Virus record (IMG/VR): IMGVR_UViG_3300010236_000009
Location: 1 to 30,473 of that record
Strand: one strand, 5' to 3'
Origin: a virus
Lineage: Duplodnaviria > Caudoviricetes
Length of the DNA: 30,473 nt
The position numbers and the translations under genes are program-made. Below, one piece after another: positions 1 through 9,029 of the stretch (position 1 is its first letter; every line of letters starts with the position of its first letter). A model generated the notes under the pieces. That model was not told the origin of the DNA and made no database searches. It worked only from the letters and a program-made list of their open reading frames with translations.

Positions 1-85
1 GGTCAGAGAGGTTGTCGGCTCCAGGACTACAAGCAGAATGATGAACACAAATTCTATTTGGGTTCCCTTGTCTAATTACAGCCAT
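1..85 (-). CDS. Endolysin, N-acetylmuramoyl-L-alanine amidase (Amidase_2-like), N-terminus only; runs off the window
   Basis: Not in the ORF track. ATG at 85 gives MAVIRQGNPNRICVHHSACSPGADNLSD. The I-x-VHHSA segment is the Zn-binding motif of Amidase_2 lysins, and the gene follows the tail genes. Confidence 0.7.
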   Translation of the reverse strand, partial: MAVIRQGNPNRICVHHSACSPGADNLSD

Positions 86-164
86 AATTATTTATTGTCT
101 TTTTGTTTTCCCCCTCAAGCTGGGGTTATAGGCTTCTTGTCTCCTGGTTCTTCTGCTATTTTAA

Positions 165-245
165 TTATGTTGCCAGCCACGCCATTAGAACAAGAAAGCC
201 AGCGATGATAAGAGCTAAGATTGCCCCGTATTTAATGTCGTTCAT
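165..245 (-). CDS. 26-aa single-transmembrane peptide (possible lysis accessory)
   Basis: Not in the ORF track. MNDIKYGAILALIIAGFLVLMAWLAT; starts 1 nt after the tail fibre stop and lies just upstream of the amidase. Confidence 0.5.
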   Translation of the reverse strand: MNDIKYGAILALIIAGFLVLMAWLAT

Positions 246-246
246 A

Positions 247-1134
247 TTAGGCATAAAAATAAGACCCATTAAACACCATAAGATCGCCAGAAGCCCAAGT
301 AAACGGCACGGTTGGGGCTACAGTCCCGGCTTCACACCTTATTCTAGCTGCACCAGAAGAAGCCATCGGATAATACTTAGCAACATTTAAATCAATTCCA
401 TACCCAGCAAGATGATGAGCCTTAGCATTAAAAGTATCTAAATAACCCACAGGAATGGAGATTCCCCAAGCACCTTCTCCATAAGTAGTTGTCGAACCCA
501 TCTCAATAGCAATAAAAACAAATATAAGCGAACCATTTATCTTAAATCTGCCTATTTTAGTGCCATTGCCAAGATCAGGATTGGTGGTAGTGGCAGTCCA
601 ATTAACTGTAAAATTAAAGTAATTAGGAAACCCCTGCGGGTTCTCGGACTTCGAGTAGTAGTTGTCGGTGATAGCCGCATTCGCAACTGAGTAGTCTGAG
701 CCACCGGTAACCGTTAGGGTCGTTCGATTATTCCCTGAGTCATAAGTTGATACCCCGATGATATAGCCATACTTCCAGTCTCCGCCTTGTTTGTAGCGTA
801 TCTTATCGCCCTTCTGATACTTGCCTGTTACGTCGCCTGCCGCATAGACCTCGGTTGCCGATTTGTAGGTCCACGTTTCGCCTGCTTCAATCCAGCCTCC
901 AACATTAAAACCAAAAACAACTTCATCATTAGAATTAATCTTTAATAAATTTCTTGCTGTTCCACCGCTATCTTTACCACAATAAGCTTTTCCATTATCT
1001 AATAACAATCCTTGAGCGGAATGAGAGTCATAGGCTTGGTCGTTGGCAACCATATTGTCTAACTTGGCTTCGGTGATAACATCGCCGGCTGTCCAAGTAA
1101 CTGAAGTATATGTGATTGTTCCTAAATCAGCCAT
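247..1134 (-). CDS. Tail fibre / receptor-binding protein
   Basis: Last gene of the tail module; G/T/S-rich and beta-rich. N-terminal WTAGDVITEAKLDNM anchor-like motif, a GWIEAGETWTY...NPQGFP module and a C-terminal GRFKINGSLIFV fibre-type domain. Confidence 0.7.
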   Translation of the reverse strand: MADLGTITYTSVTWTAGDVITEAKLDNMVANDQAYDSHSAQGLLLDNGKAYCGKDSGGTARNLLKINSNDEVVFGFNVGGWIEAGETWTYKSATEVYAAGDVTGKYQKGDKIRYKQGGDWKYGYIIGVSTYDSGNNRTTLTVTGGSDYSVANAAITDNYYSKSENPQGFPNYFNFTVNWTATTTNPDLGNGTKIGRFKINGSLIFVFIAIEMGSTTTYGEGAWGISIPVGYLDTFNAKAHHLAGYGIDLNVAKYYPMASSGAARIRCEAGTVAPTVPFTWASGDLMVFNGSYFYA

Positions 1135-1684
1135 TTCTTATTTTAAAATCTTTTAAACTATTCCTTTTTAAACAAGAACATTCAATAATCGGATATTCAC
1201 CATCAGCATTAACCGCTAACGCCCCATGCCATTTCCCAACTTCTTTAAAAACAGAAACCGTTTTTGGTTGGCCATTTTTATCTAATTTTACTTCTCCCTG
1301 TTTATGATTCTTATAGTTTTTTTGGTAACGGTCCAAGACAATATTTTCCTCTTTATCAAGTTTACTTTTAACAATATAATGTAGATCGCACCAATTTTTT
1401 AATTGATCATTATCGGCATAAACTTCTCCCAATAAATCACCACATCCGCCACAAAATAATTGATATTTCTTTTTCCCCTTAGCTTTTGGGCAATGAAAAG
1501 CAAATTTTCTAGAATTAATACTCTTTCTTTGATCAAGGGGCATTTTAGAAATTCTTTCTGCCCAATCTTTTCTTAAAGGAAAACAATCACAATCGTGTTT
1601 ATCTATCGGCATTAATGAATAAATAGCCCTTTCCCCGTTATTCCGAACAAAATTTTCTTCTTCTTGAGAAATGGACGCTCTCAT
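1127..1684 (-). CDS. Cys/His-rich basic hypothetical protein
   Basis: 185-aa ORF with HDCDC, HC, CGGC, WCDLH and CSC motifs; overlaps the tail fibre start by 8 nt. Confidence 0.6.
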   Translation of the reverse strand: MRASISQEEENFVRNNGERAIYSLMPIDKHDCDCFPLRKDWAERISKMPLDQRKSINSRKFAFHCPKAKGKKKYQLFCGGCGDLLGEVYADNDQLKNWCDLHYIVKSKLDKEENIVLDRYQKNYKNHKQGEVKLDKNGQPKTVSVFKEVGKWHGALAVNADGEYPIIECSCLKRNSLKDFKIRNG

Positions 1685-1690
1685 GTTTTT

Positions 1691-1729
1691 ATTTTAGCAT
1701 TTTAACTATTAAATTCAAATCTTTGAATT
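1691..1729 (-). promoter_or_regulatory. Putative extended -10 promoter with an inverted repeat over the -35 region
   Basis: TGcTAAAAT (1691-1699) lies 6 nt before ATG 1684. TTGAAT/TTTGAA sits at 16/17 nt spacing. AATTCAAA-tc-TTTGAATT palindrome at 1712-1729. Confidence 0.45.
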
Positions 1730-1745
1730 GGCAATTTTACCAAAT

Positions 1746-2399
1746 TCAATATTTTATAACTAATCCAAGCTTATAAAGATCAATAAAATCATTTGCGTCA
1801 GTATTATTCTCTTTATAATATCTTGCCACATAACTTCTTTCTCCAGGGGTCAAATTGCCTCTAAAGCTAGTCGCCCCTCTCATATAACAGTAGCCGAATG
1901 GGTCGCTACCAGCCGCCTGCTCGCTCCCAGAAACTTTACTATTGGTAACAACAGCGGCCGCCGCTATGTCATATAAATCAATAGAGCAGGTTCTCGTTGC
2001 TCCCCCGCTTGTTCCCGCCCGATAAATAGCTTCTAAATAAAAAGACGCCCCATCATAATCATCGGGGTCTATCTTAAAGTAGGTTGGCCAAAGATATTGA
2101 GGAACAGCCATATTGGTATAAAATGCATCAAAGCCTCCACTTGTTGCCCCAGACATTATCAGCGGTAAATAATATTCTTTTGGAATACCAGAAATCTTTC
2201 CCGTAGAAGTATTTGCTTGCCAAATAATATTTCCATTAATATCATAGACAGTAACCTTGTTAGTATTAGGATCAAATTCATAAATAGTATTAAAATTCCG
2301 GTCTCTAATTAAAAATTTACCGACAATTTCCTGGTCGCCGACAAAAGATTTATCGCCGACAACTCTTTCTTTCGCATCTTTTCTAACTATTTCTGTCAT
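1746..2399 (-). CDS. Minor tail / tail-tip-associated protein
   Basis: Coupled by ATGA overlap to the tail-tip gene; beta-rich composition. Call is mainly positional. Confidence 0.55.
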   Translation of the reverse strand: MTEIVRKDAKERVVGDKSFVGDQEIVGKFLIRDRNFNTIYEFDPNTNKVTVYDINGNIIWQANTSTGKISGIPKEYYLPLIMSGATSGGFDAFYTNMAVPQYLWPTYFKIDPDDYDGASFYLEAIYRAGTSGGATRTCSIDLYDIAAAAVVTNSKVSGSEQAAGSDPFGYCYMRGATSFRGNLTPGERSYVARYYKENNTDANDFIDLYKLGLVIKY

Positions 2400-3964
2400 A
2401 TTCCAACAAATTCATTTATAGATCCAACCTTAGTGGCCCCAACTATTGCCCAACTATCAGCTTCATCATCAAACGTTTCCCTTAAAGTTAAAATCTGTTC
2501 GAATCCCCCCAAGGCTAAAGATCCTTGAATTCTCATCACCCGATAGCTTTTGTAAACATTTAAATCTCGATCATAAACATTAACCTTGTCTTTCAGTTGT
2601 AATCTAGGGATTCCTCTTACTCTAATCCTAATCCTTTTTCTTGGGTCTTTATATTTCTGGACAATTGTTCTGGCCAAATAATAAGCAAAACTATCATTGT
2701 CAATAAAGTCATTATTAATTTCCAAAACATGTTTATCATATTGGGCAATTGAATCACTATCTTCATAAACTTGCTGAATTGGCGACTTTATCACCGCTGG
2801 CGTCCCCCTTAATCTAAAATAAGTTAACCAACATCTTGCCCCAGAATTATTAACGATTGTTAACTTGACCCGATCGGTAAAGCTTTCTGCCGTTATGCTG
2901 ACAGAACTAGTAACAAACGATCCCGTGCCATCAGAGGCGGTGTTAGCAATATAATCAGTAGTTGCGACCGGATCCTCTATCGAAACACACGGATTATCAA
3001 ACGAAGCCCAAATTTCTTTTGTTTCTCCTTTATCTACTTCTTCAACAATGCCGTCTTTCCATATTTCCGTAACATCGCCAGACTCCCGAGGCTCAGCTTG
3101 GACAACGCACCGGTTAATAACTTCCACGCTTTCGTCTTGCTGCCACTCCAAAATATCGTTATTGTCTATTGTCCAAACAACCGAATTATAAGGTGATTGA
3201 GCGAATTTTCTTCTGTTTTCGAATCTAATTATTCCATTTTCATCCTGATAAAAATTCGCTTCTTCTGCTTCGCAAATTTGTCTAATTCTCTCTCCGGCGG
3301 TCATATCCTTGTTAAACCAAGCAAACCCGATTTTATTTAAGCCAGTATCTAGTTGATATTGGCTAGAACCTAGTCCCGCCTCAATCAAAATCTCTTTAAT
3401 AATTTCATCGCTTCTTTTATCGGTATAAATTGCCGAATTCATTACCAAATCATTTAAATAATAAATATAATCTAGGCCGCTAAATCTGACTAGGCCAAGA
3501 TTTTTATCTTCTTTAATTGTATCCGTCAAGCCCTTAAAAACCACCAAGTTATTATCCCTGCCTAAAAGATTAAAGCCCAATGCCGCCCGAACTGGTCTAT
3601 TAGGCAAAATTGCCGTTCCAATTGTAGAGTTAAATTCCGGAGTGAATCTTCTATCAGTATTATCTAGTTCGACATCTAATATAGTAAAACTAATTCCCCC
3701 TAGTGGTTCTTCAATGAACCGATCATATTCTAAGCTAATCACCTTGTCTGTTTCATCGTCAAATCTGAATGATTCCGTTGGCGTTAAAATTGTATTTTCT
3801 CCTCGAACCAAACAATTATTAACCGTAGACGTTCCCACTATTCCATAACTAAAATCATCAACAATCCGCTTCCAAGCCACATAAAATCTATGGCTTAACA
3901 ACCTCTCAGTGGCCGTAGTAATACTATCAAAAGCTGTCGAAATAGAATCAGGTAAAGTTAGCAT
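2396..3964 (-). CDS. Tail tip / baseplate hub (Tal-like) protein
   Basis: Second gene after the tape measure. Motifs ELDNTDRRFTP, FYQDENGIIRFENR, SIAQYDKHVLEINNDFI and GIPRLQLKDKV resemble siphophage hub proteins. Confidence 0.7.
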   Translation of the reverse strand: MLTLPDSISTAFDSITTATERLLSHRFYVAWKRIVDDFSYGIVGTSTVNNCLVRGENTILTPTESFRFDDETDKVISLEYDRFIEEPLGGISFTILDVELDNTDRRFTPEFNSTIGTAILPNRPVRAALGFNLLGRDNNLVVFKGLTDTIKEDKNLGLVRFSGLDYIYYLNDLVMNSAIYTDKRSDEIIKEILIEAGLGSSQYQLDTGLNKIGFAWFNKDMTAGERIRQICEAEEANFYQDENGIIRFENRRKFAQSPYNSVVWTIDNNDILEWQQDESVEVINRCVVQAEPRESGDVTEIWKDGIVEEVDKGETKEIWASFDNPCVSIEDPVATTDYIANTASDGTGSFVTSSVSITAESFTDRVKLTIVNNSGARCWLTYFRLRGTPAVIKSPIQQVYEDSDSIAQYDKHVLEINNDFIDNDSFAYYLARTIVQKYKDPRKRIRIRVRGIPRLQLKDKVNVYDRDLNVYKSYRVMRIQGSLALGGFEQILTLRETFDDEADSWAIVGATKVGSINEFVGI

Positions 3965-4302
3965 TAAACTTCTTCTAAATATAAAACAAAATCCTCTCGA
4001 TATTGACTACCTTTAGTATTATATTGTCGATTGCCGATATCAACAAAAACTGAAGTATTAATTGTTAGGTTGTCTTCTGAAACACTAAAATTAACGGCCT
4101 TTTTGGAATTATAAATATTAATAATCATTGTTGCTTGGCTTTGGGTCAACATTTTAAATTCCAATAAATATTGATACTTCTGTCTAACATAATCTCTTCT
4201 GCTAGCACCAGAAAAAGTAGTTACAGATTTCATTATTTGAACTGGAACCCGCTCTATTCTAACTGGTCTTGGTAATGTTTGATTATTTAATGTATAGCTC
4301 AT
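3964..4302 (-). CDS. Distal tail (Dit-like) minor tail protein
   Basis: 112 aa directly after the tape measure; ends in LEEV, typical of this position. Confidence 0.6.
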   Translation of the reverse strand: MSYTLNNQTLPRPVRIERVPVQIMKSVTTFSGASRRDYVRQKYQYLLEFKMLTQSQATMIINIYNSKKAVNFSVSEDNLTINTSVFVDIGNRQYNTKGSQYREDFVLYLEEV

Positions 4303-6605
4303 AGTCGTAATAATTCTTGTGGTTGTTTATTTTGAGATCTTGCCAGTTTACCGACCTCTTCCCATAATTCATAAGCAATTTGTCTTTTCTCGATTGCCTT
4401 GCCAGCATAAACTCCCATATTAATATTAATAGTTAGATTACCATTATTACTGCCAACGGGGGTAACCTGTTCTCCGCCATGAACAACAGCCAGCTGGGGC
4501 ATACCAATTGGCCCGGGGACAGTTCCTCCTTCTTGGAAAAAAGGTAATTTAGCACTTAACCAAGAAGTGGCACTTTTCCAAGCACTAGAAATACTTTCTC
4601 CAATCGTAGCCAATAATCCCTTGCTGTCTGGCGAAATCTGAGCCGAAGGAGCAAACTCCGGAGCCTGGATTTCGGGTAAAACCACTCGAGAAACTTCTTC
4701 TTTCGCTCTTTTTTCTTGTTCTTGAATTGCCCTAGTAGTTTCCTCGGCAGACTTATGCTCTTTGCCTTTATAATAAGATTCTTGTTCTGTTCTGCCCTGA
4801 ACATACATTTCCTGTAATTTTTCATTATGATCTCTTTCCCTAATTGCTTTTTCTTCCGCTAATTGTCTTTTCAATCTAGTAATATCATCTTCCTTTTGTT
4901 GATCTTTTAGGGCATCGAAATCAGCCTGATGAGCTTTATAAATCTCTAATTCCAGAGTTAGCTCTGTTTGAAGTAAGCTTAATCTCTTTTCATGTTCTGT
5001 CTTTATTTTTTCAGTCTCTTTTTCAAAAATAGACCCTGTTTCTATTTTTTGAAGTCGATAGGCCTCGTTTTCTTCTTTTAACTTTTTCTTTAAATCTTCT
5101 AGCTTACGCTCACTTCTTTCAATATCCTTTAAATATTTATCATCCTGAAAGGCTTCCCGTTGCCGCTCAGATAACATTAAAGCAGTTTCCTCTTCTTCAA
5201 TATCTCTTTTAATATTAAAAACCTTTTCTTCATGCCTCGACTCGAGGCTTTCCATATCCTTGTCGTATCTTTCTTCTCTTTCTTTTAATTTTTCTTCATA
5301 GCTTTTATTCTCTTCGTTAATATCTTTTTCTAATTGTTCCCGTTTATCTCGATGAGCAAAAATCAGATCTCTTAACGATTCATTAAAGCTTCTTGTCATG
5401 CTTTCAATGCTTCTTTCATAGCTTTTAATTTCATCGGCGATAGACTTAGCCATATCTCTCGTTTCTTGGCCAACATCACTCATAAAATCACCAATACGGC
5501 TTGCCGATTCTTTTTGAACATTATAAATTCCCTGAATACTTTCGCTAGTAATTTTTTGTATTCCTCTGGCGGTATCGTCAATATTGTTTAAAACAGTTTT
5601 CGTGGTATTTTTAACAGTTTCCCAAGCACTTTGGAATCTTAATCCTTGGAATTCTATAAACGCCTTTGCTAATCCGCCCAACGCAATCGCCGTATCCCTT
5701 ATCACACCGGCCAAAAACATTGCCGATTGAGCAATTTTTGCCATTGCCTGAGGAGTAGGGATTAAACTAACAATTAAATCGGTAAAGTTTTGGTTTAACA
5801 TTTCCATTGCTGGTGTTAGAGCTTGGCCAATCGCCGCTCGCAAATTAAATATCTCATTATTCAACCTTGCCTTTTTACCGATAAGCGTTTCTGTCATTCT
5901 TGCGGCATCCCCTTCCGCCTTTTCCGATACAATTAAGGTCCCCAAATATTTTGCCTCTGCTCTTTCAGCTTCCGTTAATTGACTAACCTTTTTACCCAAA
6001 ATGTTGGCTCCAGCCTCAATAATAATGTTATAATTTTCCTGTTGTCCAGAAAGATTACCAATCATGGCGTTTTCTGTTAAAAACGATTCTGCCAAATTGC
6101 CAACTGCTTGATCATATTCAATCGTTTCCGCTCTTCCAAAAGCCGCCTCATTTTTATAGGCATTCATTAATTCAATCGCTTTATCTAGACTTAATCCTCC
6201 CGCCATTAAGTTTTTTAAGCCTTGAGCCGCTGTTGTTACCGTAATTAATCCATCCGAAGCTAAACGTTTAGCCGCTTCCGTGGCCTGATTTTGATCCTCT
6301 CCAAAAGCTGCCGATACCGAAGCTAAACCAGTCATCGCTAAAGTATATTTTTCTGCCGCTTGAATTGAGGCATTAAATTCATTTTTTAAAGCACTAGCAG
6401 CGTATTGAATGGCATTGGTCGCAATCTGGGCAACTCCAAAACCAGCCGCTAATTGAAGAATCGAAGACTTTAGCCCACTAGTGGAAGAGGTTGTTTTTTT
6501 TGTTTCATCAGATAAATTTTTGATATTATTAGCAACACTGCCAAGCTCCCTTTTTGTCTGGTCATCAGCAGAAACAACAATAGTAACTTTTTTAGTATCG
6601 GCCAT
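4299..6605 (-). CDS. Tail tape measure protein
   Basis: Long Ala-rich helical then coiled-coil protein after the tail chaperone. N-terminal VTIVVSADDQT and C-terminal FQEGGTVPG...AVVHGGEQV motifs. Start placed at ATG 6605 rather than TTG 6611. Confidence 0.9.
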   Translation of the reverse strand: MADTKKVTIVVSADDQTKRELGSVANNIKNLSDETKKTTSSTSGLKSSILQLAAGFGVAQIATNAIQYAASALKNEFNASIQAAEKYTLAMTGLASVSAAFGEDQNQATEAAKRLASDGLITVTTAAQGLKNLMAGGLSLDKAIELMNAYKNEAAFGRAETIEYDQAVGNLAESFLTENAMIGNLSGQQENYNIIIEAGANILGKKVSQLTEAERAEAKYLGTLIVSEKAEGDAARMTETLIGKKARLNNEIFNLRAAIGQALTPAMEMLNQNFTDLIVSLIPTPQAMAKIAQSAMFLAGVIRDTAIALGGLAKAFIEFQGLRFQSAWETVKNTTKTVLNNIDDTARGIQKITSESIQGIYNVQKESASRIGDFMSDVGQETRDMAKSIADEIKSYERSIESMTRSFNESLRDLIFAHRDKREQLEKDINEENKSYEEKLKEREERYDKDMESLESRHEEKVFNIKRDIEEEETALMLSERQREAFQDDKYLKDIERSERKLEDLKKKLKEENEAYRLQKIETGSIFEKETEKIKTEHEKRLSLLQTELTLELEIYKAHQADFDALKDQQKEDDITRLKRQLAEEKAIRERDHNEKLQEMYVQGRTEQESYYKGKEHKSAEETTRAIQEQEKRAKEEVSRVVLPEIQAPEFAPSAQISPDSKGLLATIGESISSAWKSATSWLSAKLPFFQEGGTVPGPIGMPQLAVVHGGEQVTPVGSNNGNLTININMGVYAGKAIEKRQIAYELWEEVGKLARSQNKQPQELLRL

Positions 6606-6795
6606 TTTCAATATCCAGCTTTATAAATTCTTTTACCAGTATAACCCAATATTCTGGCTGATTCAATAAAGTGTAATAATCCCAGCCCATCTTTTTTTGA
6701 ATTAAATAATCGACATATTCATTGGGACAAGAAGAACTTTCCCCTCGCAAGTAAAACCTAACCCCCTCAACAATATCAATTATTTCCCCTTTTTT
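6592..6795 (-). CDS. Tail assembly chaperone -1 frameshift extension (lambda gpGT-like)
   Basis: The -1 frame is open from the slippery site A AAA AAG (6789-6795) to TAA at 6592: GEIIDIVEGVRFYLRGESSSCPNEYVDYLIQKKMGWDYYTLLNQPEYWVILVKEFIKLDIENGRY. It fills the gap before the tape measure gene. Confidence 0.75.
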   Translation of the reverse strand, partial: KKGEIIDIVEGVRFYLRGESSSCPNEYVDYLIQKKMGWDYYTLLNQPEYWVILVKEFIKLDIENGRY

Positions 6796-7106
6796 TTAGG
6801 CTCTCTTACTTTTAGAAGCTTATCAAGAAGAAAATTAAAATCATCTTCCCGAAGATCATTAATTACGCCTTCATCAACACTTTTACCATCAATTTCCTTA
6901 GTTCCTTGAACAACGATCGCAGTTTTAGTTAAATCGCTTTGATTAACAGGAACATTTTCAATAATAATATTATCATCTTGGTTTTTAACAACTGCCCCAG
7001 ACCACTTGGCATTATTAATAATACCCTCCTCGCCGTGGGTAAAATAAGTAACAATTTTCGCCTTAGATCCAGAAGGCAACTCGACAATATTCAGTTCTCG
7101 ATCCAT
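6780..7106 (-). CDS. Tail assembly chaperone (gpG-like)
   Basis: Lies between the tail tube and tape measure genes; AAGGAG ribosome-binding site; slippery sequence just before its stop. Confidence 0.8.
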   Translation of the reverse strand: MDRELNIVELPSGSKAKIVTYFTHGEEGIINNAKWSGAVVKNQDDNIIIENVPVNQSDLTKTAIVVQGTKEIDGKSVDEGVINDLREDDFNFLLDKLLKVREPKKKGK

Positions 7107-7120
7107 AATAATTAAGCTCC

Positions 7121-8086
7121 TTAGTAAGACGCTTTTTCGTTAACCAGTTCGCAACTGCTAATAACGCCGTCAGTTAAATCATAATTAGCCTTAAAGTTAA
7201 CCGTTTGAGAAACAATATCTTCTAGGGCCAAATTAGGAGTCCAGCCGCTAAAGTCGACCTTTGGAAATACCAACTTGAAAGAAGGATTTGTTGTCCCGAT
7301 TACCACATCATCGTTTAATATTTCAATTTGGAGAGCCTTTTCGTCGCCATCTAACATATAGTTTCGAATAGTGTTGTCTTCATAAACCAAACTAATCGAG
7401 CCGCTAACAGAAAAAGTCTTATTCAAAATATCAATCGGCTGAACTGTCCCCATTACCGAATCTCTTTCAACATTCTTTTCAAAAGCGACACTTAAAGTTT
7501 TAATTTCTAATTCACTTGCCGACGCTAAACCGGTGATATCACTAGCAATTTTTAAGTGAACATGTTTTTTAGAAAATTTATTTTCTGATGTATTAGAAGG
7601 AGTTGCCGAAAAAATACCAGGAGCTTTAGAAGTAAACCCTACTAAATATTGAACCAAGCCATCTAAATTAGCTGTTAACTCTAATCTATTAATCATTACC
7701 AGTTTCAATATTTCTGTCGCTAAGTCAGAATATTGAGCCGTTAATGCTAACGATTGATGATTATTAGTATCTAGCAAACTATAAGAATGTTTATTAGCAC
7801 CACTATAGACAACAGAACTAACACTTCCCAATAAATTATATAACCAAAACCCAAAACTTTGATCCCTCAGTTCTGCCGTTAATTCGCCTTCACAATACTT
7901 TTCTGTTACCAATTTCCCCTCGCTATCAACAATTGATCCTAATCCGCCCTCAATTCTAGCCTCATCAATCATGGGGTTAATAGAAAGGCTTACTTGGGGA
8001 ATCCACAAATTGGGCGTTCCCCCTGCCCCCCTCACAGATTCTTTCGCAATGCCTAATTGAACTAGACGGCCGATAAATTTACTCAT
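7121..8086 (-). CDS. Major tail tube protein
   Basis: MSKFIGRLVQLGIAKES N-terminus and beta-rich VSGSISLVYED segment; lies between the tail terminator and the chaperone. No sheath gene, so the tail is non-contractile. Confidence 0.85.
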   Translation of the reverse strand: MSKFIGRLVQLGIAKESVRGAGGTPNLWIPQVSLSINPMIDEARIEGGLGSIVDSEGKLVTEKYCEGELTAELRDQSFGFWLYNLLGSVSSVVYSGANKHSYSLLDTNNHQSLALTAQYSDLATEILKLVMINRLELTANLDGLVQYLVGFTSKAPGIFSATPSNTSENKFSKKHVHLKIASDITGLASASELEIKTLSVAFEKNVERDSVMGTVQPIDILNKTFSVSGSISLVYEDNTIRNYMLDGDEKALQIEILNDDVVIGTTNPSFKLVFPKVDFSGWTPNLALEDIVSQTVNFKANYDLTDGVISSCELVNEKASY

Positions 8087-8087
8087 C

Positions 8088-8107
8088 CTTAATTAAATAA
8101 TAGCAGA
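8088..8107 (-). repeat. 20-bp exact direct repeat, copy 1 (TCTGCTATTATTTAATTAAG on the minus strand)
   Basis: Identical to 12269-12288; both copies are intergenic. Confidence 0.9.
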
Positions 8108-8126
8108 TATTAACTTTTAATGTCAA
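8097..8126 (-). promoter_or_regulatory. Sigma70-type promoter for the tail genes
   Basis: TTGACA (8121-8126), N18, then TATTAT (8097-8102) with an extended TG; 10 nt before ATG 8086. Confidence 0.6.
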
Positions 8127-8568
8127 ATGATACTTTTGCCTGAATTCTAACTTCAGCCACAATCATCTTTTCCTCTATAAAATAGTCTATCACAGTTGGA
8201 ATGGGAATTAAAGAGATCATCGTTTTACCCGTTGGCAAGCTAGCCTGAATTCCAGAAAATGTTTCATCTTTATCAAATTCATCAACGACTGAATCAACTA
8301 ACTCTTCAATAATCCGGAAGCCATCTTCCACTTTTTCTTTATTAGAAGTTTTATTGACGATGTTTAGACTCAAAAATAATCGAACCGAAAAAACATAAGT
8401 TCTTAAGTTTTCCGCTTGTGTTTCATAATCAGACTCAACATTTGACGGAGTAATTGTTGCCGCCGGAAAACCATCAAAATCTAACCAAGGAAAATCATAA
8501 ACCGCTTGAATATCGCTAATTCCTTCAAGCTTAGATTTAATCTGGTTAGACAAAATTCGCATACTCAT
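8110..8568 (-). CDS. Tail terminator / tail completion protein
   Basis: Immediately before the tail tube gene; VYDFP...FPAATI motif. Confidence 0.7.
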   Translation of the reverse strand: MSMRILSNQIKSKLEGISDIQAVYDFPWLDFDGFPAATITPSNVESDYETQAENLRTYVFSVRLFLSLNIVNKTSNKEKVEDGFRIIEELVDSVVDEFDKDETFSGIQASLPTGKTMISLIPIPTVIDYFIEEKMIVAEVRIQAKVSFDIKS

Positions 8569-9029
8569 TTCATTGTTGCTAAAATTTTAATTGCCTGGTC
8601 AACTTTTCCCAAAAAGTAGCTATAACCTTCATTTTCATATTTTTTTACTCCTCTAATCATAAACGGATTAGGTTTCGTTCCTGGATGGCTAACTTTTCTA
8701 ACTGGGTGTTCCGCCCCCTTCCAATATAACGCCTTTTTATTTTTGGGCAAAATTATATGGGGTCTTGTTCCCTGATGAACCCAATAGGCATAATCAACAT
8801 TTGGTTGAATAATCGCTGTTAACCCCCCAGAATGGATTCTCATTCCCTTACTAATAGAGGCCCTTAGCCTACCAGTATCAACTGGTGCTTCTTCCATCGC
8901 TCCCCGCTGAACCAAAAGAGCATAGCCTAAAATTCCCTCCTTAAGTTTAGTTAATAAAATTCCCTCAAAACCTTTAAATTGCTTAACTAAATTTTCGGCC
9001 GTTGGTTTTAACTCAACTTTAATTTTCAT
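8565..9029 (-). CDS. HK97 gp10-family neck protein
   Basis: APVDTGRLRASI, YAYWVHQGT and HPGTKPNPFM motifs. Confidence 0.9.
   Translation of the reverse strand: MKIKVELKPTAENLVKQFKGFEGILLTKLKEGILGYALLVQRGAMEEAPVDTGRLRASISKGMRIHSGGLTAIIQPNVDYAYWVHQGTRPHIILPKNKKALYWKGAEHPVRKVSHPGTKPNPFMIRGVKKYENEGYSYFLGKVDQAIKILATMK

Noticed and set aside
4556-4825. 89-aa same-strand ORF nested in the tape measure gene
   Set aside because: Lys/Arg-rich frame-shift shadow of a Glu/Lys-rich coiled coil; no clear ribosome-binding site or motif, unlike the nested methyltransferase ORF.
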